Shown here piece after piece: positions 48,680 through 58,600 of a stretch of 64,000 nucleotides of DNA; the first letter of the stretch is position 1, and every line of letters begins with the position of its first letter. The notes below the pieces were generated by a model, which made no database searches, was not told the DNA's origin, and was given only the letters and a program-made list of their open reading frames with translations. Origin of the DNA: Candidatus Omnitrophota bacterium (GTDB taxonomy: Bacteria > Omnitrophota > Gorgyraeia > JABMRN01 > RBG-13-46-9); contig JAUWBJ010000001.1 in assembly GCA_030605095.1 (NCBI GenBank), forward strand, positions 10,942 to 74,941. Reading direction: 5' to 3'. The translations under genes and the position numbers were made by a program.

Positions 48680-49086
48680 AACGGTTTTTAATTATTCTTA
48701 TCGTAGGGGTTTTTCTAATTAACGCATCTTCCGCATTCTGCGATAACGGTAAAATTATAGTTTATTATTTTCACGGAAGCTTTCGTTGCCCTACTTGTCG
48801 GAATTTAGAACAATATGCCAAACAAACGATTCAAAATAATTTTAAAAAAGAGTTGGCAGAAGCAAAGATCATATTTAAAACAGTAAATGTTGAAGAAAAA
48901 GAGAATGAACATTTTGTTAACGATTACCAGCTTTACACAAAATCATTGGTTTTATCTTTAGTAAAAGATAATAAAGAGGTAAAATACAAAAATCTTGATA
49001 AAATCTGGGAATACGTAAGAAACAAAATGCAATATACAGATTATGTTAAAAGCGAGGCCGAAAATTTCCTGAAGGATTTAAAATGA
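48667..49086 (+). CDS. secreted CxxC protein (thioredoxin-like?)
   Basis: Signal peptide, YYFHGSFRCPTC motif. Confidence 0.45.
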   Translation: MVGIKRFLIILIVGVFLINASSAFCDNGKIIVYYFHGSFRCPTCRNLEQYAKQTIQNNFKKELAEAKIIFKTVNVEEKENEHFVNDYQLYTKSLVLSLVKDNKEVKYKNLDKIWEYVRNKMQYTDYVKSEAENFLKDLK

Positions 49087-49775
49087 CAGAGATTTTCTTT
49101 GCTTTTGGCTCTGCCATCTGGCTAGGTATGCTTACTTCGATTAGTCCTTGCCCTTTAGCGACTAATGTTGCCGCTGTCTCTTTTTTGTCAAAGAAAATAA
49201 ATCATCCGAAAGCGGTGTTATGGTCGGGAAGCGCTTATACATTTGGGCGCATGATTGCTTATGCTATTTTGGGTATGATTATTATAACGTCTATCGCTAG
49301 CGTTCCTTCTGTGGCGAATTTCCTGCAAAAATACATGAACAGAATATTAGGTCCTCTATTGCTTGTGGTTGGGCTATTTCTTTTGAATGTCATACGACTT
49401 AATATTTCAGGTTTTACGCTTTCGAAAGAAAAGCAGGAATCCTTAGCTAAGTCGGGAGCAAAAGGTGCGTTCTTGTTAGGGGCTATTTTTGCGCTTTCAT
49501 TCTGCCCGATTTCAGCAGCATTATTTTTTGGCAGCCTTATTCCTTTGGCACTAAACAGCAAAGCAGGTATAGTATTACCTTTCTTTTATGGCATAGGCAC
49601 GGGACTGCCGGTCATGGTTTTTGCTATGGGAATTGCGCTTGGCATATTATCAGCTTCACACTGGTTTCATAAAATGGCTACGGTTGAGAAGTATACAAGA
49701 AGAATAACAGGTATTATATTTGTGTTAGTTGGTTTATATTTTATATGGAACTACATCTTTGCAATTTTTAAGTAA
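49083..49775 (+). CDS. ccdA: CcdA/DsbD-family transmembrane thiol-disulfide transporter
   Basis: SPCPL and FCP Cys motifs in TM1/TM4. Confidence 0.75.
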   Translation: MTEIFFAFGSAIWLGMLTSISPCPLATNVAAVSFLSKKINHPKAVLWSGSAYTFGRMIAYAILGMIIITSIASVPSVANFLQKYMNRILGPLLLVVGLFLLNVIRLNISGFTLSKEKQESLAKSGAKGAFLLGAIFALSFCPISAALFFGSLIPLALNSKAGIVLPFFYGIGTGLPVMVFAMGIALGILSASHWFHKMATVEKYTRRITGIIFVLVGLYFIWNYIFAIFK

Positions 49776-49788
49776 TAAACTTTCAACT

Positions 49789-49883
49789 CAGATGAACGAG
49801 TGGGACTTTTTAGAAAAAGTAAATTACCACGACTTTAATATAATCAAAGAGTTATGAAAAAGATATACCTCCGCCGATATTGA
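49789..49883 (+). repeat. copy A: shared leader (CAGATGAACGAGTGGGAC...) + degenerate MTTase 5' fragment (MKKIYLRRY*)
   Basis: 18-nt identical leader shared with copy B, then ATG 49854 mini-ORF resembling MKKVYIRTFG. Confidence 0.6.
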
Positions 49884-49902
49884 CAATGAGAGATAGTAGG
49901 AT

Positions 49903-50985
49903 ATGGAAAGAGTTATTCATGAAGAGCGAAGATTAAGCTTTTTTGAGAAATACCTGACACTTTGGGTTATAGGGTGTATTGGTTTGGGTATTCTGCTTGG
50001 GAAACTGTTCCCGCAGGCGGCTATCACATTAGACAGGATTTCAATTTATCAGGTATCCGTACCTATAGCGATATGCCTTTTTTTCATGATGTATCCGATT
50101 ATGGTAAAGATTGATTTTGCTGAAGTTATTAAAGCGGGAAAAACGCCTAAACCTGTTATTCTAACATTGGTTGTAAACTGGTGTATTAAGCCTTTTACTA
50201 TGCTTGCCATCGCAACTCTCTTTTTAGGAGTATTTTTTAAAGGTTGGCTTCCGGGATTTGAAGTTGTTAAAGGAGGACAAGAGGTAGAATTATACAGGTC
50301 GTATATTTCCGGTTGTATTTTATTGGGCATTGCGCCCTGCACTGCAATGGTTCTTATCTGGGGGCATCTGTCTAAAGGGAACGACGGCCACACCTTGATT
50401 ATGGTAGCAATAAATTCTCTAACAATGTTATTTCTCTATGCTCCATTAGGAGGGTGGTTATTAGGTGTAAACAAAATGCCGATACCATGGCAGACAATTG
50501 TTTTATCGGTTGTGATTTATGTCGGCCTGCCGCTGTTTCTTGGTTATCATACTCGTAAGTGGATTATTGCCAAGAAAGGTTTTAAATGGTTTGAGGAAAA
50601 ATTTCTGCATTATTTAACACCGGTATCTATAGGCGCTTTGTTAATTACGCTTGTTCTTTTATTTTCACTTAAGGGAGAGTTGGTTATTGACCAACCGCAG
50701 ATAATATTTTTGATTGCAATCCCACTTCTTATACAGACTTGCCTTATATTCGGTTTAACGTATGCATTGGCAAAATGGCTTAAATTATCATATAGAGATG
50801 CAGCGCCTTCTGCGCTGATTGGCGCAAGCAACCATTTTGAAGTCGCTATTGCTACTTCTGCGATACTTTTTGGATTATCATCGGGAGCATCTTTGGCGAC
50901 TGTCGTAGGCGTATTAATTGAGGTACCAATTATGCTTATGCTGGTAAGAGTATGCTTGAGAACTAAACATATATTTGATAAGTAA
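49903..50985 (+). CDS. acr3: arsenite efflux transporter ACR3 family
   Basis: [13 protein letters not shown]-terminus and ACR3 ten-TM topology. Confidence 0.8.
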   Translation: MERVIHEERRLSFFEKYLTLWVIGCIGLGILLGKLFPQAAITLDRISIYQVSVPIAICLFFMMYPIMVKIDFAEVIKAGKTPKPVILTLVVNWCIKPFTMLAIATLFLGVFFKGWLPGFEVVKGGQEVELYRSYISGCILLGIAPCTAMVLIWGHLSKGNDGHTLIMVAINSLTMLFLYAPLGGWLLGVNKMPIPWQTIVLSVVIYVGLPLFLGYHTRKWIIAKKGFKWFEEKFLHYLTPVSIGALLITLVLLFSLKGELVIDQPQIIFLIAIPLLIQTCLIFGLTYALAKWLKLSYRDAAPSALIGASNHFEVAIATSAILFGLSSGASLATVVGVLIEVPIMLMLVRVCLRTKHIFDK

Positions 50986-51028
50986 AGTTGATATGAAAAA
51001 AGTATTTTTGCGGACGTTTGGCTAATCG

Positions 51029-53740
51029 ATGTTAAATAATTCATTTCATTCAGAGCCTGTTGAAAAAGTGCTGAAGAAATTATCTTCCGGGATAAGCGGA
51101 CTTTCGCATAAAGAAGCAAAGGCCCGCTTACAGGATTTTGGCCCTAACGAAATACCTGAAAAAAAAGCTAAACATCCTATTCTGATTTTCCTTAAGCAAT
51201 TTCAGAGCATTCTGATTTATATTCTTATTGCCGCCGCTGCCATTTCATTTTTCATTGGCCATGTAGTTGATGCTTATGTAATTTTAGCTGTAATTCTGAT
51301 TAATGCCATAATAGGTTTCATTCAGGAGAATAAGGCAGAGAAGTCAATTCAGGCTTTAAAAAGGATGATTGTGCCTTATGCAAAGGTTTTCCGGGGAGGA
51401 AAATTACTGCAAGTACATGCGAAAGAATTAGTGCCCGGAGACATTATTTTCCTAGAAGAAGGCGACAGAATTCCTGCTGATGCAAGGCTTCTTGAAGTGA
51501 AAAACACCAGGACAGTAGAGACTTCTTTAACGGGCGAGTCACTTCCTATTGACAAACACGAAAAAGCGTTGCCTGAAAAAACAGGTTTAGCTGACCGTAA
51601 GAATATGATATGGATGGGGACATTTCTTGCCGGCGGACAGGCTAAGGCTGTTGTGGTATCTACGGGTATTAAAACAGCCATCGGTGACGTAGCTACTAGT
51701 ATAGAAAAGATAAAAAAGTTCAAGGTTCATTTTGAAAAGAAGACAGATATTCTGGCAAGACAAATGGGTGTTATTGCGGTTGTCTGTGCATTTATAGTAT
51801 TCCTGGTCGGTTTTTTTGCCAGAGGGTTTGAATTCTCTGAAATTTTTATTTTTACAATAGCTTCTCTTGTTGCTGGAATTCCGGAAGGATTGCCCGCAGT
51901 ACTGGTAATAGTACTTGCTATTGGCGCCTACAGGATGGCAAAAAGAAATGCTATTATTAGAACATTGCCGGTAACCGAAACCCTTGGAGTAGCAACAATT
52001 ATTGCAACAGACAAGACAGGAACCCTCACTCAGAATACTATGAACGTTGAAAAAATAATTTTGCCGGGTGAAGATGAAATTACTATTTCAGGAGAAGGCT
52101 GGAGGCCTTCAGGGGATTTTTCGCAAAAAGATAACATCATTTCGCCACTAGAAAATTCTCGTTTATCAAAACTTTTACATATCGCTTGTGTTTGTAATAA
52201 TGCAAGGATAGTAAAAGAAGAGGGCGAAAAATATAAAATTATTGGTGACCTCACAGAGGCTGCTTTGGTTGCTCTTGCAGAAAAGGCCGGATTGAAGAAA
52301 GAAGAGTTGCTGGAAAAAGAGAAAAGAATAGATGATTTACCATTTAATCCAGAATTGAAATATAGAGCATCACTTTCAGTGCTTGTGAAAGAAGATAGGA
52401 AGAAAGAAATTTATGTTGTCGGAGCTCCCGAGGCCGTTCTTGCCCATTCTTCTTTTATGCTTGGGGAAAAAGGAGAAAAAAAGATAACCGAAGAAGAGAA
52501 ACAGGAAATTCTAGCTGAAACGCAGGGTTTGGCAAAGAAGGCAATGAGGGTTCTTGGCTTAGCTTACAAGATAACCCCTGCCAGCACAGATAATTTGTCA
52601 GAAGATTTGGTCAATGACCTTGTTTTGGTTGGGGTTGTCGGTATGCTAGATCCTCCAAGGCCCCAGGTAAAGGAGGCAATTGCTAAAGCCAAGAAAGCAG
52701 GTATCAGAGTTATTATGAAAACGGGAGACCATAAGGACACAGCTGTTGCCGTCGCTAAAGAGATAGGGATGATTGGCGAAAAGACAAAAAGTAAGTGTCC
52801 GGAGGTTCTTACTGAACAAGACTTGCTAAAGCTTTCAGAAGAAGAGTTTGAAGAAACAATAAAACATGTTTCTATTTTTGCCAGGTTAACTCCTGCCATG
52901 AAATTAAGAATTGTTGAGGTTTTACAGAAACAAGGCCATATTGTTGCCATGACAGGAGACGGGGTTAATGATGCGCCAGCACTTAAAAGAGCGGATATCG
53001 GAGTTGCCATGGGTATAATTGGCACTGATGTGGCAAGGGAATCAAGCGATATTGTGCTCGCTGATGATAATTTTGCCTCTATTGTAAATGCAATAGAAGA
53101 AGGAAGAACTGTTTTTACGAATACAAGACAGGCAAGTTCTTTTCTAATCACTACTAATTTTGCGGAAAGTATAAGTATTATAACTACGATGCTCCTTGGT
53201 CTTCCATTGCCATTATTGCCTACTCAGCTGTTATGGCTCAATTTGGTTACTGATGGGGTTACCGATGTTGCCTTAGCCGCTGAACCAAGTCATGAGGACG
53301 TTTTGGAAGAGCCTCCACGAAAGGCAAAAGAAAATATTTTATCAAAAGAAATCATACCTTTCATTCTCATCATGGCCGGTATTATGGTTATTTTTACATT
53401 GATTATTTTTAAGATCTATTTACCAGGCGGAATAGAAAAGGCAAGGACAGGGGCATTTACTGTTATGGCATTCACTCAATTATTCAATGTTTTAAATATG
53501 CGTTCACTTAAAAGGTCTATTTTCAAGATAGGCCTTTTTAGCAATAAATTTATAGTCGCATCTCTTGTAGCCTCTGTTTTTCTGTTAGCCATGGTACTTT
53601 ATGTCCCATTTTTCCAGGGCGTATTTCAATTTGTGCCCTTAGGCTTATTAGAAATACTCATTATAATCCTTTTATCGTCTTCGGTATTATGGTTAGGTGA
53701 GTTGTACAAATATTTGAGACCACGGGACGGGCAAAAATAA
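51029..53740 (+). CDS. P-type cation-transporting ATPase (P2-type, Ca2+/Mg2+-like)
   Basis: DKTGTLT, MTGDGVNDAPAL, TM4 IPEGLP motif (not the CPC of heavy-metal type). Confidence 0.8.
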   Translation: MLNNSFHSEPVEKVLKKLSSGISGLSHKEAKARLQDFGPNEIPEKKAKHPILIFLKQFQSILIYILIAAAAISFFIGHVVDAYVILAVILINAIIGFIQENKAEKSIQALKRMIVPYAKVFRGGKLLQVHAKELVPGDIIFLEEGDRIPADARLLEVKNTRTVETSLTGESLPIDKHEKALPEKTGLADRKNMIWMGTFLAGGQAKAVVVSTGIKTAIGDVATSIEKIKKFKVHFEKKTDILARQMGVIAVVCAFIVFLVGFFARGFEFSEIFIFTIASLVAGIPEGLPAVLVIVLAIGAYRMAKRNAIIRTLPVTETLGVATIIATDKTGTLTQNTMNVEKIILPGEDEITISGEGWRPSGDFSQKDNIISPLENSRLSKLLHIACVCNNARIVKEEGEKYKIIGDLTEAALVALAEKAGLKKEELLEKEKRIDDLPFNPELKYRASLSVLVKEDRKKEIYVVGAPEAVLAHSSFMLGEKGEKKITEEEKQEILAETQGLAKKAMRVLGLAYKITPASTDNLSEDLVNDLVLVGVVGMLDPPRPQVKEAIAKAKKAGIRVIMKTGDHKDTAVAVAKEIGMIGEKTKSKCPEVLTEQDLLKLSEEEFEETIKHVSIFARLTPAMKLRIVEVLQKQGHIVAMTGDGVNDAPALKRADIGVAMGIIGTDVARESSDIVLADDNFASIVNAIEEGRTVFTNTRQASSFLITTNFAESISIITTMLLGLPLPLLPTQLLWLNLVTDGVTDVALAAEPSHEDVLEEPPRKAKENILSKEIIPFILIMAGIMVIFTLIIFKIYLPGGIEKARTGAFTVMAFTQLFNVLNMRSLKRSIFKIGLFSNKFIVASLVASVFLLAMVLYVPFFQGVFQFVPLGLLEILIIILLSSSVLWLGELYKYLRPRDGQK

Positions 53741-53790
53741 GGAGAATGCTTAGATGTTAAAATGCCACACGCAACCGAAGGTTTAATTTT

Positions 53791-54171
53791 ATGAAATATA
53801 AATTCGCAACTGCGATAAGCTGTATTGATGGGAGAACTCAGAAGCCTGTAATTGATTTTGTGAGAAAAAGAATCTCAGTCGATTATGTTGATATGATAAC
53901 CGAACCCGGTCCTGATAAAATTTTGAGCAAAAACAAGCAAAAAAATCTTATTAAATCTATTCAACGTAAAATATTAATTTCCATAGAAAAACATAAGTCA
54001 AAACACATCATTATTGTAGGGCATTACGGATGTGCCGGTAATCCTGTTGGCGAGAAAGAACATCGCAAGCAGATAAAAAGAGCAATGCAGATTATCAATA
54101 GCTGGGATCTGAAACTATCTGTTCGCGGCATATGGTTGGATAAGGATTGGAAAGCTACTTTTATTTCATGA
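53791..54171 (+). CDS. small protein with beta-carbonic-anhydrase-like CxDxR / HxxC motifs
   Basis: SCIDGR and GHYGCAG motifs, only 126 aa. Confidence 0.3.
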   Translation: MKYKFATAISCIDGRTQKPVIDFVRKRISVDYVDMITEPGPDKILSKNKQKNLIKSIQRKILISIEKHKSKHIIIVGHYGCAGNPVGEKEHRKQIKRAMQIINSWDLKLSVRGIWLDKDWKATFIS

Positions 54172-54255
54172 ATAAAAAAAATATATATGGACTCTGGGCT
54201 GGCCGTATAAAAGATTCTTGCATGCGGATTTTACATTTGTTACTATTATAATATT

Positions 54256-55431
54256 ATGGAGGAAAAAATGAATACTAGTTCTTGGCTTTCACAAATTTCT
54301 TTTAAACAGCGAATTTGGTTGTTTTCGGCTTTAGCGGGAATGCTTGCGATCGTAGCCCTTGGAATTTTGATGGACTCACCGGGTGAGTTAAAAGAAACAA
54401 CCAATTTCAACATTGATATGTCTATTCGAGATATTGCCCCCAAACTTGGAGTTACAGGTAAAGGCCTTGCCAGGGAACTTGAACTGCCGCTTGACGTTTC
54501 TAAGGAAAAACCAGTTCGAACATTAGGTGTGGCACGCGAAGAACTTGATCATGCCATTGAACATATTCTATCCCATCGTGATGCTACGCTTAAATATTGT
54601 GTTTATGCGGCACTGGTTCTCTTGGGACTTGTATTTCTTGTGAGGCTAGGGCGTCCCGATGGCTCTGATATTAAAAATCGCCGTACTTGGTACCCAAAAA
54701 CCCCATATGTTATTGCTCTCTTGTTTTCTGTAATAGTAGCCGGATTCATTCTTGGCAAATCACCTAATCCCATGGAGGGTACAGTTAAAATTTTCAAGTC
54801 CATGATAGGTCTTTATCCCGATCCAATGCTTAAACTAGTAGCCTTTACCTTCTTTATTATATTAGCCATTGTTGGGAATAAGATGATTTGTGGCTGGGCG
54901 TGCCCTTTTGGCGCTTCGCAAGAGCTTATTTACAGCATACCAATTTTGCGAAAAATCAAAAAAAGGAAACTTCCATTTGTATTCACAAATATAATTCGTG
55001 TAGGCCTTTTTATTGCTGTGCTTCTTCTTATGTTTGGAATCATTGGAGGACGCAGGGGATTTATAATTTACCACTATCTTAACCCCTTTAACCTATTTAA
55101 TCTTGATTTCGAAGCATTCAGTATTCTGCTGACAGTAATCATTGCCTTGTTGGTATCATTCACTATCTACCGCCCATTTTGTCAGTTCATTTGTCCTTTT
55201 GGCCTTGTTTCCTGGATAGTTGAGCGATTCAGTATTTTCCGTGTTCGAATTGACAAAGAGAAATGTACCCAATGCGGTGCTTGCATAAAGGCATGCCCCC
55301 TAGAAGCCGCAGAAGGCCGGGTTAAGGGCAAGAAAATGCCGGCAGATTGTTTTAGTTGTGCTCGTTGCTTGAATGTTTGTCCGGTTGATGCCATTCAGTA
55401 TGCATCTTCTTTAAAGAAAGGCATAAAATAA
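54256..55431 (+). CDS. NapH/MauN-like membrane polyferredoxin
   Basis: CGWACPFG and CQFICPFG membrane Cys motifs plus C-terminal 2x CxxCxxCxxxCP. Confidence 0.65.
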   Translation: MEEKMNTSSWLSQISFKQRIWLFSALAGMLAIVALGILMDSPGELKETTNFNIDMSIRDIAPKLGVTGKGLARELELPLDVSKEKPVRTLGVAREELDHAIEHILSHRDATLKYCVYAALVLLGLVFLVRLGRPDGSDIKNRRTWYPKTPYVIALLFSVIVAGFILGKSPNPMEGTVKIFKSMIGLYPDPMLKLVAFTFFIILAIVGNKMICGWACPFGASQELIYSIPILRKIKKRKLPFVFTNIIRVGLFIAVLLLMFGIIGGRRGFIIYHYLNPFNLFNLDFEAFSILLTVIIALLVSFTIYRPFCQFICPFGLVSWIVERFSIFRVRIDKEKCTQCGACIKACPLEAAEGRVKGKKMPADCFSCARCLNVCPVDAIQYASSLKKGIK

Positions 55432-55462
55432 TTTCTAGACTGATTAGATTTAACAGGTTAAG

Positions 55463-55615
55463 CAGATGAACGAGTGGGACGGTTTAGCAATCGAAAATTT
55501 TATATAACATAAAGAATATAAATAAGTTATGAAAAAAGTCTACATCCGTACTTTCGGATGGCCGAAGGTTACGTTGGCTCGGGATGGCATTGGAGCTGTT
55601 AAGGAAGATAAGTGA
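55463..55615 (+). repeat. copy B: shared leader + degenerate MTTase 5' fragment (MKKVYIRTFGWPKV...*)
   Basis: Leader CAGATGAACGAGTGGGAC identical to copy A; ATG 55529 fragment 35/38 nt identical to copy C. Confidence 0.7.
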
Positions 55616-55673
55616 TTATGAATAGAAGAGTTAGGATAATTTTCAGAATACAAGAAAAGATGAATTAAAAAAG

Positions 55674-58600
55674 ATGGAAAAATCTTTAGGCATATGTATA
55701 GGAGCATCAACTATAAGGATTGTTGAGCTCCTCTGGAACAATGGAGAATTTAGCATAGGAAAGACCTCTGTAATGAGCCACCAGTGCAATCCGAAGAACA
55801 TATTTTTGGAAGAGATTAAGAAATTTGACTTTCAATCTTATGATTATGCTTGCATAACAGGGAGAAGATTTAAAGACGCTATAAGTTTACCTAAGATAAC
55901 AGAGCCCAAGGCTACAGAATATGCACTAAAACATTACCTGAGAGGAAAGGGGGAAAGATTTAATGCCCTAATAAGCCTTGGAAGCGAAAACTTCATCCTG
56001 TATGAATTGGATGAGGGGGGAAATATAATTACGGTCCAAACAGGAAACAAATGCGCTTCAGGAACTGGAGAATTCTTTCTGCAACAGATAAGGCGAATGA
56101 ACGTTGATCTGAATAAGACTATCAGGCTGGCCAAACACTCAGAGCCCTACTATGTATCTGGAAGATGTTCTGTGTTCTGCAAAAGTGACTGTACTCATGC
56201 CCTCAATAAAGGCATACCTGTTGGCAGGGTGTGCGCTGGCCTTGGGAATATGATTGTTGAGAAGATTTTAGAACTTCTCCGGTCTACAAAAAATGAAGAT
56301 ATCCTTCTTGCGGGAGGGGTTACAAAAAATAGTTTCGTTATTGAAAGACTGAATAAAAAGATAAAGAACCTGGTTATACTGGAGCACGCCGATATTTTTG
56401 AGGCTTTAGGAGCAGCCATATTTGCTTATGAAAAAAAGAAAAAACCTTATACCATGATGCTCAAAGAGGAGAAGACATCCTTCACCACCCTGCCACCGTT
56501 AGAGGAATCACGGAAACTGGTTAGGTTCGAGAACCATGAGATGGGTATTGTCACCGAGGGCGATGAGTACATTCTGGGTTTAGATGCTGGTTCAACAACA
56601 ACTAAAGCCATACTATTAAGAACAAAGGATGACAAGATAGTTGCATCAGTTTACCTCAGAACCAGTGGAGATCCTGTTAAGGCATCCAGGCAGTGCTATG
56701 CTGAGATTAACACAAAGTTACGTGGAACAAAAATAGACATAATAGGGCTGGGGGTTACGGGGTCAGGAAGAAAAATTGCAGGGCTCTGCGCGTTAACTGA
56801 TGGCATAATAAATGAGATAATCGCTCATGCAACTGCTGCAGCATTTTTTGATAAAGAGGTTGATACGATTATAGAGATCGGTGGCCAGGACGCAAAATAT
56901 ACCTATCTTGTGAACGGGGTTCCTTGCGATTATGCCATGAACGAGGCCTGTTCTGCCGGAACAGGTTCTTTTCTTGAGGAGGCAGCAAAAGAAAGCCTTG
57001 ACATAAACTATCTTGATATCCAGGATATTGCATTAAAGGCAAAAAATCCGGCCAACTTCAATGACCAATGCGCAGCCTTCATAAGTAGCGACATAAAAAA
57101 TGCTTCCCATGAAAGTATAAGCAAGGAAGATATAGTTGCAGGCCTGGTTTACTCTATTTGCATGAATTATAACAACAGGGTAAAAGGCTTAAGGAAAGTC
57201 GGGAAAAAGATATTTATGCAAGGAGGTGTCTGCTATAATAATGCGGTGCCCCTGGCAATGGCAGGTATATTAAGAAAAGAGATTACCGTACCCCCTGAAC
57301 CCGGTCTTATGGGCGCTTTTGGCGTTGCCTTGGAGATAAAAAAAAGAATTGCTATGGGTTTGATGAAAAAATCCAGATTTTGCCTGAAAGAACTTGCCGG
57401 TAGGGGGGTTGAATATGGAAAAAGCTTTACCTGCCCTGGAGAACTTGAAAATTGCGATAGGGGTTGCACTATAAACATAATAAGCTTGAATGGGAAGAAT
57501 TATCCTTTTGGAGGGATATGCAACAAATATTACAATATCATGCATCATTTATTTATTGATCCAAAACCCTTTGATATCGTTGACAGAAGACAGAAGCTTG
57601 TTTTTGATTGTGGTAAAGAAAAAGGTTCGGCAAACCCCATTAGAAATCATAGATTTTCTAATGGGGCAAGGATTTCTAACGGGGCAAAAAGAGTAGGAAT
57701 CTCAAGGTCTTTTCTTGCCAACCTGCTCTATCCCCTGTATTACCATTTCTTTTCTGAACTGGGTTTAGGTGTAGTATTATCAGAGGCTGTTGATAGGGAG
57801 GGGGTAAAGAGAACCTGCTCTTCTTTTTGTTTCCCTGCGGAGATTAGCTACGGGATGTTTATGGATCTGGTTAAAAAGAAGCCCGATTATATATTTCTTC
57901 CCCAAATTAGTGAACTTTATGTAGAGAGAAGTCAAAGCTACGAGCCTGAGCATCAAAGCTCATGTCTCATATTGCAGAGTGAGCCCTATTACCTGAGAAG
58001 CACATTCAGAGATATTGATATTCCCATAATCTCTCCGGTTTTGAACTTCTCCCGGGGCTGGGAAAGCACCCAAGAGCGGTTTGTCGAAATTGGCAAGGAG
58101 CTCGGATATGATAAAGATAAATCAACAGGTGCCTTCAGGTATGGGCTAGCCAAACAAAACGAGTTTTTTAAGAAGAAAAAAGAGCTGGGGGATAAGGTAC
58201 TAAAGGAAATAGAGAATGATAAATCAAAGATAGGAATAGTCCTGTTTGGGAGACCTTATAATGCATTTGCTGATGAAGCTAATTTAGGCATACCCCGGAA
58301 ATTTGCTTCTCGAGGCGTTTACATCATCCCCTTTGACTGCCTGCCTTACGAGCATGAAGTCTCTATAGAGAATATGAACTGGGCTCTTGGCCAGGAGATT
58401 ATTAAGGCCGCCCATTTTGTCAAAAAGCACCAGCAGCTTTTCGGAACCTTCGTAACCAATTTCAGTTGTGGACCTGACTCGTTTATAGTAGGGTATTTTA
58501 GGGATATAATGAACACCAAACCGTCGCTAACCCTGGAGCTTGACTCACATAGCGCTGATGCCGGGATTAATACAAGGATAGAGGCATTCCTTGATATTGT

